Shown: positions 8,701 to 17,949 of the stretch, piece by piece
Position numbering within the stretch: the first letter of the stretch is position 1
How the letters are laid out: each line of letters begins with the position of its first letter
NCBI GenBank assembly: GCA_963667465.2
Contig: CAXXDN010000001.1
Span: 704,001 to 768,000 of the forward strand
DNA: 64,000 bases
DNA from: Dehalococcoidia bacterium
Lineage (GTDB): Bacteria; Chloroflexota; Dehalococcoidia; UBA2979
Direction: 5' to 3'
Program-made: the position numbers and the translations under genes
Notes under the pieces: generated by a model
What the model was told of the DNA's origin: nothing
Seen by the model: the letters and a program-made list of their open reading frames with translations, nothing else
Databases searched by the model: none

Positions 8701-10164
8701 TCAGTCCGCCCCCCAGCGCCAGTAGACGGCGATCGCGAAAGCGACGATGGCGGCGGTGAGCAGCAGGCCGGCCTGCAGGCCGTCGATGATCGCCAGCGAG
8801 CGCAGCGGGCTGCCCTCGGCGGCGGCCGTGAGGTTCGCGCCCGCGAAGACGGTGAAGACCGCGCCGGAGACTGCGATGCCGCCCGCCTGCCCGATCCGCC
8901 TCGCCGTCACGATCGCCGCCGAGGCCATGCCGAGCCGCTGCACCGGCACGGAGCCCATGATCGTCGAGTTGTTGGGCGACTGGAACAGCGCCATCCCCAG
9001 CCCGATCAGCGACAGCCGCATGGCAACGTCCGGCACCGCGGTGCCGCTGTCCGCGAGCGCGAGCAGCGCAATGCCGAGGCTCGTCGAGGCGAGGCCAAGC
9101 GGCACGAGCAGCCTCGGGCCGGCGCGGTCGGAGAGGCGGCCGGTGATCGGGGCGAAGACGAACAGCGTGAGCGGCTGCGCGGCGATGATCGCGCCTGCCT
9201 CGAGCGTGCTGAAGCCGCGCGCGCCGACGAGGTAGAACGGCGTCAGCACCATCACGGCGGCGAAGCCCCAGTAGAAGAGGATCGCCGTGCCCACCGAGCC
9301 GCTGAAGGCGCGGATGCGCAGCAGCTCCAGCGAGACCACCGGGCTCGCCGCGCGCCGCTCAATCAGCACGAACAGCGGCGTGAGCGCCAGCCCGAGGACG
9401 AACAGCCCGATGATCCACGGGCTGTCCCAGCCCCAGGCGTTGCCGCGGTTGACGGCCAGCGTGAGGCTCGCGAGGGCGCCGAAGAGCGTGAGCGAGCCGG
9501 GGATGTCCAGCCCGCGCTCGCGGCCCTCGGTGGGGGTGCTGCGCAGCACCAGCAGGAGCACGGCGGTCAGCGTCACGCTCAGCGGCAGCCGCGTGAGGAA
9601 GATCGCGCGCCAGTCCAGCAGTTCGACGAGCACGCCGCCCAGCACCGGACCGGAGGCGAGGCCGAAGCCGACCGTGCCGCCCATGATGCCAAGCGCCTGC
9701 CCCCGGCGCTCCGGGGGCACGAAGGAGGTGACGATCGCGTTGCCGTTGGAGACGACCATCGAGTTGCCAACCGCCTGCAGTCCGCGCGCGGCCACGAGCG
9801 CGGGTAACGAGGGCGCCGCGCCCGCCGCGAGCAGGCTCAGCGCGACGATCGCGTTGCCGCCGACGAAGAAGCGCTTGCGCCCGTAGAGGTCGCCGAGCCG
9901 CCCGAACGGGAGCGCGAGCCCGGTGCCGAGCAGCACGAAGACCAGCATGACCCAGACCACCGCGTCGATCGTCGTCTCGAACTCGGAGGCGAGAGTGGGC
10001 AGCGCGATGTTGATGATCGAGGTGTCCATCGTGCCGAGCAGGACGGATCCGGCGACGGGACCCAGCACCAGCCACGGCAGGCGCGGGGCGCGGCGCCGCG
10101 TGAGGTCCGCGGCGCCCTCGCCGGGCTGTTCTTCGCTCTCGCCGGGCACCGAGTCGTCGGGCAT
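8701..10164 (-). CDS. MFS drug/H+ antiporter (DHA2, EmrB/QacA-like)
   Basis: MDTSIINIALP, GRLGDLYGRKR, GPVLGG motifs; about 14 hydrophobic segments. Confidence 0.9.
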   Translation of the reverse strand: MPDDSVPGESEEQPGEGAADLTRRRAPRLPWLVLGPVAGSVLLGTMDTSIINIALPTLASEFETTIDAVVWVMLVFVLLGTGLALPFGRLGDLYGRKRFFVGGNAIVALSLLAAGAAPSLPALVAARGLQAVGNSMVVSNGNAIVTSFVPPERRGQALGIMGGTVGFGLASGPVLGGVLVELLDWRAIFLTRLPLSVTLTAVLLLVLRSTPTEGRERGLDIPGSLTLFGALASLTLAVNRGNAWGWDSPWIIGLFVLGLALTPLFVLIERRAASPVVSLELLRIRAFSGSVGTAILFYWGFAAVMVLTPFYLVGARGFSTLEAGAIIAAQPLTLFVFAPITGRLSDRAGPRLLVPLGLASTSLGIALLALADSGTAVPDVAMRLSLIGLGMALFQSPNNSTIMGSVPVQRLGMASAAIVTARRIGQAGGIAVSGAVFTVFAGANLTAAAEGSPLRSLAIIDGLQAGLLLTAAIVAFAIAVYWRWGAD

Positions 10165-10262
10165 CGCGCGATGATACGGGGACCGCGGCGCGCGGTCGCC
10201 GATTGAGGAGCCACCGCCGTCGCGAGGTTGCCACGGTGGGCGCCGGGCCTGAGAATCCGCGG

Positions 10263-10820
10263 ATGCGCGGCCGACCCCTGCTCTGGCAGCTCGACGTGGC
10301 GATCAAGCTCGTGATGGTCGCGCTGCTCGCATTCGGCGCGTTCAGCGGCTTGCAGCAGTTCGAAGGCAAGGCGTTCGGCGGGCGGCTGGTCTTCTACCCG
10401 CTCGCCGTCCTCATCCTGCCGGTTGCGTGGCGGATCTTTGCCTCGGGGCGGCCGTTTCCCTACCGCGCCGACGTGCTGATCACGCTGCCGTTCCTGATCG
10501 ATGTCGCGGGCAACGCGGGCGACCTCTACGACACGGTCGTGTGGTGGGACGATGCGAATCACTTCGTGAACTGGGCGCTGCTCTCCGCCGGCGCCGGGCT
10601 GCTCATCCCCCGCGACCGCATCGAGGACTGGGCACTCGCCGGTCTCGTGGTCGGCTTCGGCACGACGACCGCCATCGGCTGGGAGTTGATGGAGTACTGG
10701 ACGTTCATTCGCGACTCGCCGGAGTTCGCTACCGCGTACGCGGACACGCTCGGCGATCTTGCGCTCGGTACGCTCGGTTCGGGGGTGGCCGCGGCCCTCG
10801 TGACGAGGTTCGCGCGCTAG
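10263..10820 (+). CDS. Membrane protein (DUF2238-like, possible metal-dependent membrane hydrolase)
   Basis: LYD...WWDDANHF, WELMEY, DTLGDL motifs in transmembrane context; start uncertain. Confidence 0.6.
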   Translation: MRGRPLLWQLDVAIKLVMVALLAFGAFSGLQQFEGKAFGGRLVFYPLAVLILPVAWRIFASGRPFPYRADVLITLPFLIDVAGNAGDLYDTVVWWDDANHFVNWALLSAGAGLLIPRDRIEDWALAGLVVGFGTTTAIGWELMEYWTFIRDSPEFATAYADTLGDLALGTLGSGVAAALVTRFAR

Positions 10821-11212
10821 CGGTCCTGATCCATGCGGCGGTGCGCGAACTTCCAGGCGCCGTCCACCTTGCGCACGGTGTGGCGGTACATGCCGGTGTG
10901 GCCAATGCGCGGGCCCTCGTGCGGCCGCAGCAGCATCAGGTAGCACGTGACCTGCGCCTCTTCGGCGTCGCCCTCGATCAGCACGTTGTTCAGCCAGTGC
11001 CGTGAGGCCGGCTGGTCCGGGTTGTTCGCGCGCGAGGCAGCAACCTCGCGGAGCTGCTCGATGCCCTCCCAGCGGCGGTCGGGCGGGAACTCGTAGACAG
11101 CGTCCTCGGTAAAGCAGTCGAGCCAGGCCTCGCCGTCGCCGCCGTCGATTGCGTGGTTGTAGCGGGTCAGCAGATCGAGGATTGCCATCCGGTCTTCAGT
11201 CGAGATCGCCAT
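10817..11212 (-). CDS. SnoaL/NTF2-like protein
   Basis: EDRMAILDLLTRYNHAID, CFTEDA, RHW, DGAWKFAHR. Confidence 0.85.
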   Translation of the reverse strand: MAISTEDRMAILDLLTRYNHAIDGGDGEAWLDCFTEDAVYEFPPDRRWEGIEQLREVAASRANNPDQPASRHWLNNVLIEGDAEEAQVTCYLMLLRPHEGPRIGHTGMYRHTVRKVDGAWKFAHRRMDQDR

Positions 11213-11233
11213 CCCGTCTCGCCCCCTCGCGTG

Positions 11234-11665
11234 CTAATCGCCCTCGCGGGCGTCCCAGTCGATCGTTTCGCCGCGGGCGAGCGCCTCGATCTCCTCGAGG
11301 ATGTAGAGCAACTCGCGGTCGTCCCGGCGGGCGATGTCGGGGATGTGGTAGCCGTGGTCGAAGGCGGCGACGACCTGCGAGTGGTCGTCGATCACGTAGT
11401 CCGGCATCACGTGCACGTCCATCTCGTCGAGCCGTTCGCGATAGCGATAGAGCGGCTTGACGAAGTAGTCGTCGACGTAGCCGTCGAGGCCATGCAGGCG
11501 CATGTCGAAGCGCCGGATGCCGACGCCCGACCAGATGTAGATCGCGTGACCGGCCTGCTTGAGGCGGCTGAACACCTCCTCGGTGTGATTGCGCAGCCGC
11601 CCATCCGCCATGATCAGCGTGTAGTCGACGTCGAAGAAGACGTTCAGGCATCGATGCTCGGCCAT
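11234..11665 (-). CDS. Small cap-less HAD-superfamily phosphatase
   Basis: FFDVDYTL (DxD), IWSG, K, IDD motifs. Confidence 0.7.
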   Translation of the reverse strand: MAEHRCLNVFFDVDYTLIMADGRLRNHTEEVFSRLKQAGHAIYIWSGVGIRRFDMRLHGLDGYVDDYFVKPLYRYRERLDEMDVHVMPDYVIDDHSQVVAAFDHGYHIPDIARRDDRELLYILEEIEALARGETIDWDAREGD

Positions 11666-11781
11666 GGCGCCTCGTTCACCGCAGCGGCGGCGCCATCCGG
11701 CGCCCGGCCCGGCCCCGTCCACCCGGGGCACGCGCGATAGCATAACGTGAGGCCGCCTCACGCTCGATAGCGCTCGTCCGG

Positions 11782-11816
11782 CCCTCTCCTGGGGGCGGGG
11801 GTTGGGGTGAGAGGGC
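11782..11816 (-). repeat. REP-like palindrome (degenerate)
   Basis: CCCTCTCCTGGGGGCGGGGGTTGGGGTGAGAGGGC. Confidence 0.65.
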
Positions 11817-12017
11817 TCGCCCGCAGCCCCTCGCTGCGCCGCTGGGTTGTTGCGCCCGACCCCGGCGGGGTGTGGGGGACCTGCGAGGTATCCTCGCGCC
11901 AGATCGAAGCTGCAAAGCCCACTCTGAAGGACGCGCGCCTGTCCTCGATTGGCGCGGCGTGAGCGCCGGACCAGCGCGTGTTGTCGGAGCGGGGCGGCGG
12001 GTCGTAGGCTGGCGGGC

Positions 12018-13229
12018 GTGAGCACGTCCGGGACTTCTCCGTGGGACGAGGCTGCGATCGAGGCACTGGTCGCGCCGTTCCTGCGCGGCCTCGCCCCGCC
12101 GACGTCGCTTTCCGTCCTGCAGTACGACCTCAACGCCGGCGTGCCGGACCGCGCCTCGCTGCCCGCTGCGGAGATCGCCGAGGCCGCAGCCCGCGCGCTG
12201 CGCGATGATCCCGCCGGCGCACTCACCTACGGCGGGGCGCAGGGTTACGCGCCGCTGCGCGCCTGGATTGCCGAGCGGCATTGCGCCGAGGGCCTGACCA
12301 TCGGACCGGAGCACGTCACGCTCTGCTCCGGCAGCGCGCACGCCCTCGACAACATCGCCGCCGCCTTCCTCGGACCCGGCGATGCGGCCGTCGTCGGGGC
12401 GCCGACCTACCCCGGCGCGATCCGCGCCTTCCGAGCGCGCGGCGCCGCGCTGATCGATGTCCCGCAGGACGCCGCCGGCCTGCGTCCCGACGCGCTCCTC
12501 GATGCGCTCGCTCGCCAGGACGGGCCTTCGCCGAAGCTGCTCTACCTGATCCCCACCTACGACAACCCGAGTGGCAGCACGATGCCGCTCGAGCGCCGCG
12601 AGAAGTTGCTGCGCATCGCCGGGGAGCACGGCCTGCTGATCGTCGAGGACGACGCCTACGCGGGGCTCGACCTCGACGGACCGCCGCCGCCCTCGCTGTT
12701 CTCGCTCGCGCGGGGGCGGGGCGTGCTGTACGTCGGCACGTCCTCCAAGACGATCGCGACGGGCCTGCGGCTCGGCTGGACCGTGGCCGCGCCCGAGGTG
12801 ATCCGCCAGCTCGTCTTCGCGCGGCTCGACAACGGCGCCTCGCCCTTCGTGCACCGCACGGTGCTGGAGTACCTGCGGTCCGGCGAAGGGAGCGCATACG
12901 AGGCGCACGTCGAGCGCCTGCGCGCGATCTACCGCGCACGCCGCGACGCCGCCGCCGAGACCGCGCGCGAGGCGTTCGGCGACCTCGTGCGCTTCGAGCC
13001 GCCGGCCGGCGGCTTCTACCTCTGGCTGCACCTCGGCGAGGGACTCGACGCCCACTCGTTCGCGCTGGAGGCGGCGGAACGCGGCGTGGCGGTCACGCCG
13101 GGGCCGCTCTACTTCGCGAACGGCGGAGGCGAACGCAACGTGCGCGTCGCCTGGCCCGCGCTCCCGCCCGAGGATCTGCGCGACGCGATCGCGCGCCTCG
13201 GCGAGGCGGCGTCCGCCGCCTCGTCCTGA
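12018..13229 (+). CDS. PLP-dependent class I aminotransferase (LysN/MocR-type domain)
   Basis: PTYPG, NPSG, EDDAY, GTSSKTIATGLRLGW; TAGGCT -10 lies 7 nt before GTG. Confidence 0.9.
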   Translation: MSTSGTSPWDEAAIEALVAPFLRGLAPPTSLSVLQYDLNAGVPDRASLPAAEIAEAAARALRDDPAGALTYGGAQGYAPLRAWIAERHCAEGLTIGPEHVTLCSGSAHALDNIAAAFLGPGDAAVVGAPTYPGAIRAFRARGAALIDVPQDAAGLRPDALLDALARQDGPSPKLLYLIPTYDNPSGSTMPLERREKLLRIAGEHGLLIVEDDAYAGLDLDGPPPPSLFSLARGRGVLYVGTSSKTIATGLRLGWTVAAPEVIRQLVFARLDNGASPFVHRTVLEYLRSGEGSAYEAHVERLRAIYRARRDAAAETAREAFGDLVRFEPPAGGFYLWLHLGEGLDAHSFALEAAERGVAVTPGPLYFANGGGERNVRVAWPALPPEDLRDAIARLGEAASAASS

Positions 13230-13268
13230 GGGGCGTGCGACTGCGCCGCTACGCGAATTCGCGAGCGC

Positions 13269-13655
13269 TCAGACCACCTGGATGGCGCCGGGATAGCGCC
13301 CGACGGTCTCGTCAGCGGTCAGCAGGGTCAGCGCCTCGATCTGCGCCTGTGCGACGAGGATGCGGTCGAACGGATCGCCGTGAATGGTCGGCAGCAGATC
13401 CACGGCCACGGCGTGGGCTCCGCTGATCGCGAGCTCCTGGTGGCCGTTCTCGATCAGCGCCCGGCGCAACAGGCGGGGATCAACGCGAAAATCGTCGCGC
13501 CCCAACCCGCTCTTGATGGCGACCTCCCACAACGAGGCGGCGCTGAAGTACAGCTCGTTCTCCGGATTCTCGATGACGGCGCGAGCGCTGGGCCGCAGGC
13601 GCTCCGGCATGCCAGCGGCCCAGAGCAGGATGTGCGTATCGAGCAGGATCCTCAC
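13269..13655 (-). CDS. vapC: VapC PIN-domain toxin
   Basis: ILLDTHILLW, SAASLWEVAIK, HGDPFDRILVAQA, LLTAD. Confidence 0.92.
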   Translation of the reverse strand: MRILLDTHILLWAAGMPERLRPSARAVIENPENELYFSAASLWEVAIKSGLGRDDFRVDPRLLRRALIENGHQELAISGAHAVAVDLLPTIHGDPFDRILVAQAQIEALTLLTADETVGRYPGAIQVV

Positions 13656-13891
13656 CGCGACCCCTCGAACATCGTCTCGATCTCATCGGCGCCCATGCGG
13701 TCGAAGTCGTCGGGCACCGAGATGCCGGGGAGGAAGCCGGTCCGGCGCGGTCCGGAGGCCGGCGCCTCAAGCGAGATGACCTTGACCAGCGGCTTGCCAG
13801 CGCGCGCGATGATGAAGGGCTCTCCGTCCACCGCGGCCTGCACGAGCTTCGAGAGCTGCGACTTGGCCTCATGCATATTGACGACACGCAT
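13652..13891 (-). CDS. Phd/YefM-family antitoxin
   Basis: VNMHEAKSQLSKLV...GEPFIIARAGKP; GTGA overlap with toxin. Confidence 0.92.
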   Translation of the reverse strand: MRVVNMHEAKSQLSKLVQAAVDGEPFIIARAGKPLVKVISLEAPASGPRRTGFLPGISVPDDFDRMGADEIETMFEGSR

Positions 13892-13904
13892 GGGAGCCTC
13901 CGGT

Positions 13905-13931
13905 ACTTAGTCCGATCCGATGGACTTAGTC
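13905..13931 (-). promoter_or_regulatory. Putative TA autoregulatory operator
   Basis: ACTTAGTC repeated at 13905 and 13924 (near-palindrome GACTTAGTC), overlapping a minus-strand TAGACT -10. Confidence 0.5.
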
Positions 13932-13935
13932 TATC

Positions 13936-14748
13936 CTACGGCGCATCTTCGCGCACCGCGACGACGCGCAGCCGCCGGTAGTCGACGACCCAGCGCCCGC
14001 CCTCGTCGCCGTCCTCGCGCCAGAGCTGAGGGCGCACGGCCGCCTCGACGCGCGCGATCACGGCGTCGGCGTGGCCGGGGGTGAGGTCCGCGAGCCAGGG
14101 GTGGCCGAACATGCGCAGCCAGCCTGCCAGGCCGGCCGCGCCGTCCTCGAGCGTGGTCGGGCGGTCGAAGAGCGTCATGAGCTGAGGCTCGAACCCGTGC
14201 TGCTCCAGCAGTGCGGCGTACTCGGCGAGGGCAGGGAAGTACCACGGCCGCGGCTGGCGCTCGCGCGGCGCCCCCTCGGCCTCGAGGGCGTCACGCAGCG
14301 CGCCCTCGACGATGGCGACGTTGCCGCGTCCGCCCAGCTCGGCGACGAGCCGCCCTCCGGGCCGGAGCAGGGCGTGCAAGCCTTGCAGCACCGCTTCGGG
14401 ACGCGTCATCCAGTGCAGCGCGGCGTTCGAGAAGACGGCGTCGAACGGTCCCGCCAGCGAGGACTCAGCCAGCGCCTCGCCGTCGCCCTCGATGAACTCG
14501 AGCGTCTGGCGCCTCGAGGCCGGGAACTGCGCCCGTGCTGCCTCGATCATCGCCGCGTCGCTGTCGAGGCCGACGACGGAGGCGCCGCGTGCGGCGATCG
14601 CGGCCGCGAGCAGCCCGGTCCCGCAGCCCAGGTCGAGGATGCGCTCGTCCGGCTGCGGATCGAGCAGCGCGACGAGATCCCCGGCGTGATCGGAGACGAA
14701 GCGAAAGCTCTCGTCGTAGGCGCGCGCGTCCCAGCTCGCGCTGCTCAT
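13936..14748 (-). CDS. SAM-dependent methyltransferase (trans-aconitate methyltransferase-like)
   Basis: ILDLGCGTG, FDAVFSNAALHW, LRPGG. Confidence 0.9.
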   Translation of the reverse strand: MSSASWDARAYDESFRFVSDHAGDLVALLDPQPDERILDLGCGTGLLAAAIAARGASVVGLDSDAAMIEAARAQFPASRRQTLEFIEGDGEALAESSLAGPFDAVFSNAALHWMTRPEAVLQGLHALLRPGGRLVAELGGRGNVAIVEGALRDALEAEGAPRERQPRPWYFPALAEYAALLEQHGFEPQLMTLFDRPTTLEDGAAGLAGWLRMFGHPWLADLTPGHADAVIARVEAAVRPQLWREDGDEGGRWVVDYRRLRVVAVREDAP

Positions 14749-14770
14749 CGTCGGGTCGCGGAGGAGCCCG

Positions 14771-15826
14771 CTAGACGGCCGCCGCGACGCGCTTTGCCGA
14801 TCCGGTCAGCTCCGCCATCAGGTGCATCGACTCAGCCGTGGTGTTGATCCCCATGTTGATCATCGTCACGCGCGAGTCCTCCCAGTCGCGGTAGCGCTCG
14901 CGGATGCGGTCGGGCGGCCCGACGAGGGCGATCTCGTCGCACAGCTCGTCGGGGACGGCCTCCTCCGCCTCCTGCTTGCGGCCGGAGAGGAACAGCTCCT
15001 GGATGCGCTCGGCGGCCTCGGCGTAGCCGAAACGGCGGACCTGGTCGTTGTGGAAGTTCATGTTGCGGGCGCCCATCCCGCCGACGTAGAGCGCGAGGTT
15101 CTCCTTCATCTTGTTGAGCCCCTCCTGCACGTCGTCGGTGACGATCACCTGCGTGGAGGATGCGATCTCGAAGTCGTCGCGGCTCTTGCCGGCGCGGCGC
15201 AGACCCTCGTCGATGTACTTCTCGTACTCGCCCAGGCGCTTCGGAGGACAGCGCGAGGTGACCCAGCCGTCGCCGAACTCGGCGGCGTTGCGCACGTTGA
15301 TCGGCCCCATCGCGCCGACGTAGATGGGCAGCCGGCGGGGATGCAGCACGGACTTGAGCGGCTTGCCGAGGCCGGTCGCATCCGGGCCGTCGTAGGGCAG
15401 CCGGTACTCCTCGCCGTCGAAGGCGAGCGGCTGCTCGCGGTCCCAGACCATGCGCATGATCTGCATGTACTCGGCGACGCGCTTCGCGGGCTTGCCGAAC
15501 GGCACGCCGTGCCAGCCCTCGATCACCTGCGGGCCGGAGAGCCCGATGCCGACACCGCGCACGCGGCCGCCGGAGAGCATGTCGATCGTGGTCATCGTGT
15601 TCGCCGCCAGCGCCGGGGAGCGCCCGTGCAGCTGCAGGATGTTGGTGCCAAGGCCGATCTTCTCCGTGTTCGCCGCGATCCAGGTCAGCGGCACGACCGC
15701 GTCGTGCCCCCAGATCTCCGCGCACCAGACCATGTCAAAGCCCAGATCCTCCGCCAGCTTGATCCGCTCCCAGGGGATATCGATCGATGTCGATCCAAGG
15801 TGTCCGAGTCCCAATGCCAGCTTCAT
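14771..15826 (-). CDS. Luciferase-like F420-dependent oxidoreductase
   Basis: AEIWGHDA, GLSGPQVIEGWHG, TGLGKPLKS, YVGGMGARNMNFHN. Confidence 0.88.
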   Translation of the reverse strand: MKLALGLGHLGSTSIDIPWERIKLAEDLGFDMVWCAEIWGHDAVVPLTWIAANTEKIGLGTNILQLHGRSPALAANTMTTIDMLSGGRVRGVGIGLSGPQVIEGWHGVPFGKPAKRVAEYMQIMRMVWDREQPLAFDGEEYRLPYDGPDATGLGKPLKSVLHPRRLPIYVGAMGPINVRNAAEFGDGWVTSRCPPKRLGEYEKYIDEGLRRAGKSRDDFEIASSTQVIVTDDVQEGLNKMKENLALYVGGMGARNMNFHNDQVRRFGYAEAAERIQELFLSGRKQEAEEAVPDELCDEIALVGPPDRIRERYRDWEDSRVTMINMGINTTAESMHLMAELTGSAKRVAAAV

Positions 15827-15861
15827 GCGGGTTCCTTCCCGTCAGGCGCAGCCCGGCAACG

Positions 15862-17049
15862 TCAGGAGACGATGCCGGCCTCGCACAGCTCCTCGATTTG
15901 CTCGTTCGCGAGGCCCAGGTCGGCGGCCAGCACCTCGCTCGTGTGCTCGCCGTAGTCCGGGGCCAGCTCGATCGGGACCTCCGAGGCCGACATGCGGGCC
16001 GGCAGGCGCATCAGCTCGATCGTGCCGTACTCGGGGTGCTCGTGGTGCTCGAAGAGGCCGCGCTCGCAGAGGTGCGGGTCCGTCCGCAGGTCGCGGGTGG
16101 AGAGCACGGCGGTGCAGGGCACGCCGGCGGTGGCGAGGATGTGCATCGCCTCGTACTTGGTGCGCTGCAGCGTCCACTGCTCGACCTCGGCGTAGAGTTC
16201 GGCCTGGTGCTCGCGGCGGCTGGCGGCCGTCTCGAAGCGCGGGTCGGTCGCCAGGTCGGGGCGGTCGAGGGCGACGCAGAACGTGTCCCACATCCGCGAA
16301 GTCACCACGCAGATGTGCACGTAGTCGTTCGGCCCGTCCCCCTTCGAGGGGTAGACGTTCGTCGGTGCGCCCAGGCCGTTGCCGAGGCGCTGCGCCTCCC
16401 GATCCGTGCCCCAGGCCTCGCGGCCCATGGTCTTCATGAAGTAGGTCACGGCCTCCTGCATCGAGAGCTCGATCAGCTGCCCCTCGCCGGTGCGCTGTTG
16501 CTGCACGTAGGCGGAGACGATGGCGAGCGCCAGCTGCAGGCCCGTGCCGGTGTCGCCGTAGGAGGCCCCCGGCCGCATCGGCGGTCCGTCCGGCTCGCCG
16601 TTGATCGAGTAGGCGCCGCCCGCTGCCAGCGCGACACTGTCGAAGCACTTGTAGTCTGCGTACGGCCCGCTCAGCCCGAAGCCCTTGATGCGCGCGTAGA
16701 TGATCGAGGGGTTTCGCTCGCGCAGCGCCTCGTAGCCGATGTTCAGCTTCTCGATCACGCCCGGCCCGTAGTTCTCGACGAAGACGTCGAAGCGCGGCGC
16801 GAGATCGAGCAGCAGCTCGCGCCCGCGTTCGGTCGCGAGGTCGATCACGATGCTGCGCTTGTTGCTGTTGTAGTTGAGGAAGTACTGGGGTGGGCGGCCC
16901 TCGGTGGTCAGTCCGCGGCCGGGGTCGCCGATACCGGGCGGCTCCACCTTGACCACGTCGGCGCCCTGCCAGGCGAGGGCCTGGGTGCAGGACGTACCGG
17001 CCTCGTACTGCGTCATATCGAGGACGCGCATCCCGTCGAGTGCGGGCAT
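15862..17049 (-). CDS. Class III CoA-transferase (formyl-CoA transferase-like)
   Basis: VLDMTQYEAGTSCTQ, NSNKRS, GDTGTG Asp; AAGGAGG RBS before ATG 17049. Confidence 0.9.
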   Translation of the reverse strand: MPALDGMRVLDMTQYEAGTSCTQALAWQGADVVKVEPPGIGDPGRGLTTEGRPPQYFLNYNSNKRSIVIDLATERGRELLLDLAPRFDVFVENYGPGVIEKLNIGYEALRERNPSIIYARIKGFGLSGPYADYKCFDSVALAAGGAYSINGEPDGPPMRPGASYGDTGTGLQLALAIVSAYVQQQRTGEGQLIELSMQEAVTYFMKTMGREAWGTDREAQRLGNGLGAPTNVYPSKGDGPNDYVHICVVTSRMWDTFCVALDRPDLATDPRFETAASRREHQAELYAEVEQWTLQRTKYEAMHILATAGVPCTAVLSTRDLRTDPHLCERGLFEHHEHPEYGTIELMRLPARMSASEVPIELAPDYGEHTSEVLAADLGLANEQIEELCEAGIVS

Positions 17050-17170
17050 CGGGACGCCTCCTTCCGTGCAGCGGCGAGCCGGGGAGCGGCGCCGCCGCGT
17101 CGTCGTCGGCATCCTACCGCGCGCGGGCGAGGGGTGCAGCGGGGAGTTGCCCGGGGCCGGGTGCGGGGAG

Positions 17171-17557
17171 TCAGGCAGCGGGGATGCCGGTGCGCGCGAA
17201 GTCCTCGCCCTTGTACAGCAGCGGTTCCCCTGTGGCCTCGGCGAGCGCGTAGGAGAAGCAGTCGCCAAGGTTCAACGCGGCCGGGTGGTTGCCCCTGCCG
17301 AAACGCCGCCAGGCCCGGCGCGCTGCGCGCGCCTGCTCGATGGTTACCGGGACCAGTTCGATCGATGCCTCTTCGAGGTAGGCATCGAAAACAGGCCCGG
17401 CCCCGCTGCCTTCCCGGCCCTCAAGAACGATGGTCGCTTCGAGGAAGTTCGCGACAGACATGCGACAGACCGGATCCGCCACTATTGCTCTGTCGTAAAG
17501 GTCTGCATCGGCCTCGTCGAACAGGATTGCGATGATCGCCGACGTATCGACGATCAC
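17171..17557 (-). CDS. vapC: VapC PIN-domain toxin
   Basis: VDTSAIIAIL, HPAALNLGDCFSYALA, LLYKGEDF. Confidence 0.92.
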   Translation of the reverse strand: MIVDTSAIIAILFDEADADLYDRAIVADPVCRMSVANFLEATIVLEGREGSGAGPVFDAYLEEASIELVPVTIEQARAARRAWRRFGRGNHPAALNLGDCFSYALAEATGEPLLYKGEDFARTGIPAA

Positions 17558-17811
17558 TTCGGCAGACCCCGCTCGTCGTACAGCAGTTCGCCGTGATCGA
17601 TCGGCGGGCCGCCCGCGCGGAGACGCGCGGCGAGGGGTTTCGAGATGGCCCGCATTCTCCGGAGACGCTCTTCCATACTGCGTTGGTGCTGCTCGCGCTC
17701 CAGGCGCTCCTCGAGGGCGACCGTGATCGCGCCAGTCTTGGTCTCGCCGGTCAGTTGCGCCAGTTCGTCGGCCAATTGGCAAGTCCGCTCGTTCTTGATG
17801 TTGAGGCTCAC
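17554..17811 (-). CDS. vapB: VapB antitoxin (Rv0623-like)
   Basis: SLNIKN...LAQLTGETKTGAITVALEERL...LLYDERGLPK; GTGA overlap. Confidence 0.88.
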   Translation of the reverse strand: MSLNIKNERTCQLADELAQLTGETKTGAITVALEERLEREQHQRSMEERLRRMRAISKPLAARLRAGGPPIDHGELLYDERGLPK

Positions 17812-17824
17812 GGGCGTCCCCCAG

Positions 17825-17851
17825 GGTAGAAGTGTGGTCACTGTGTCTACC
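17825..17851. promoter_or_regulatory. Putative vapBC operator
   Basis: Inverted repeat GGTAGA-N15-TCTACC just upstream of vapB. Confidence 0.45.
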
Positions 17852-17949
17852 ATACATGGTCGTGCTGGAGGAGGCGCACGCCGCCCGCCCTCGTGAAGCG
17901 CCGCGGTGTGGCAGACTGCGCGGCGAGCGCGGGACGAGAGGGGCGCAGC

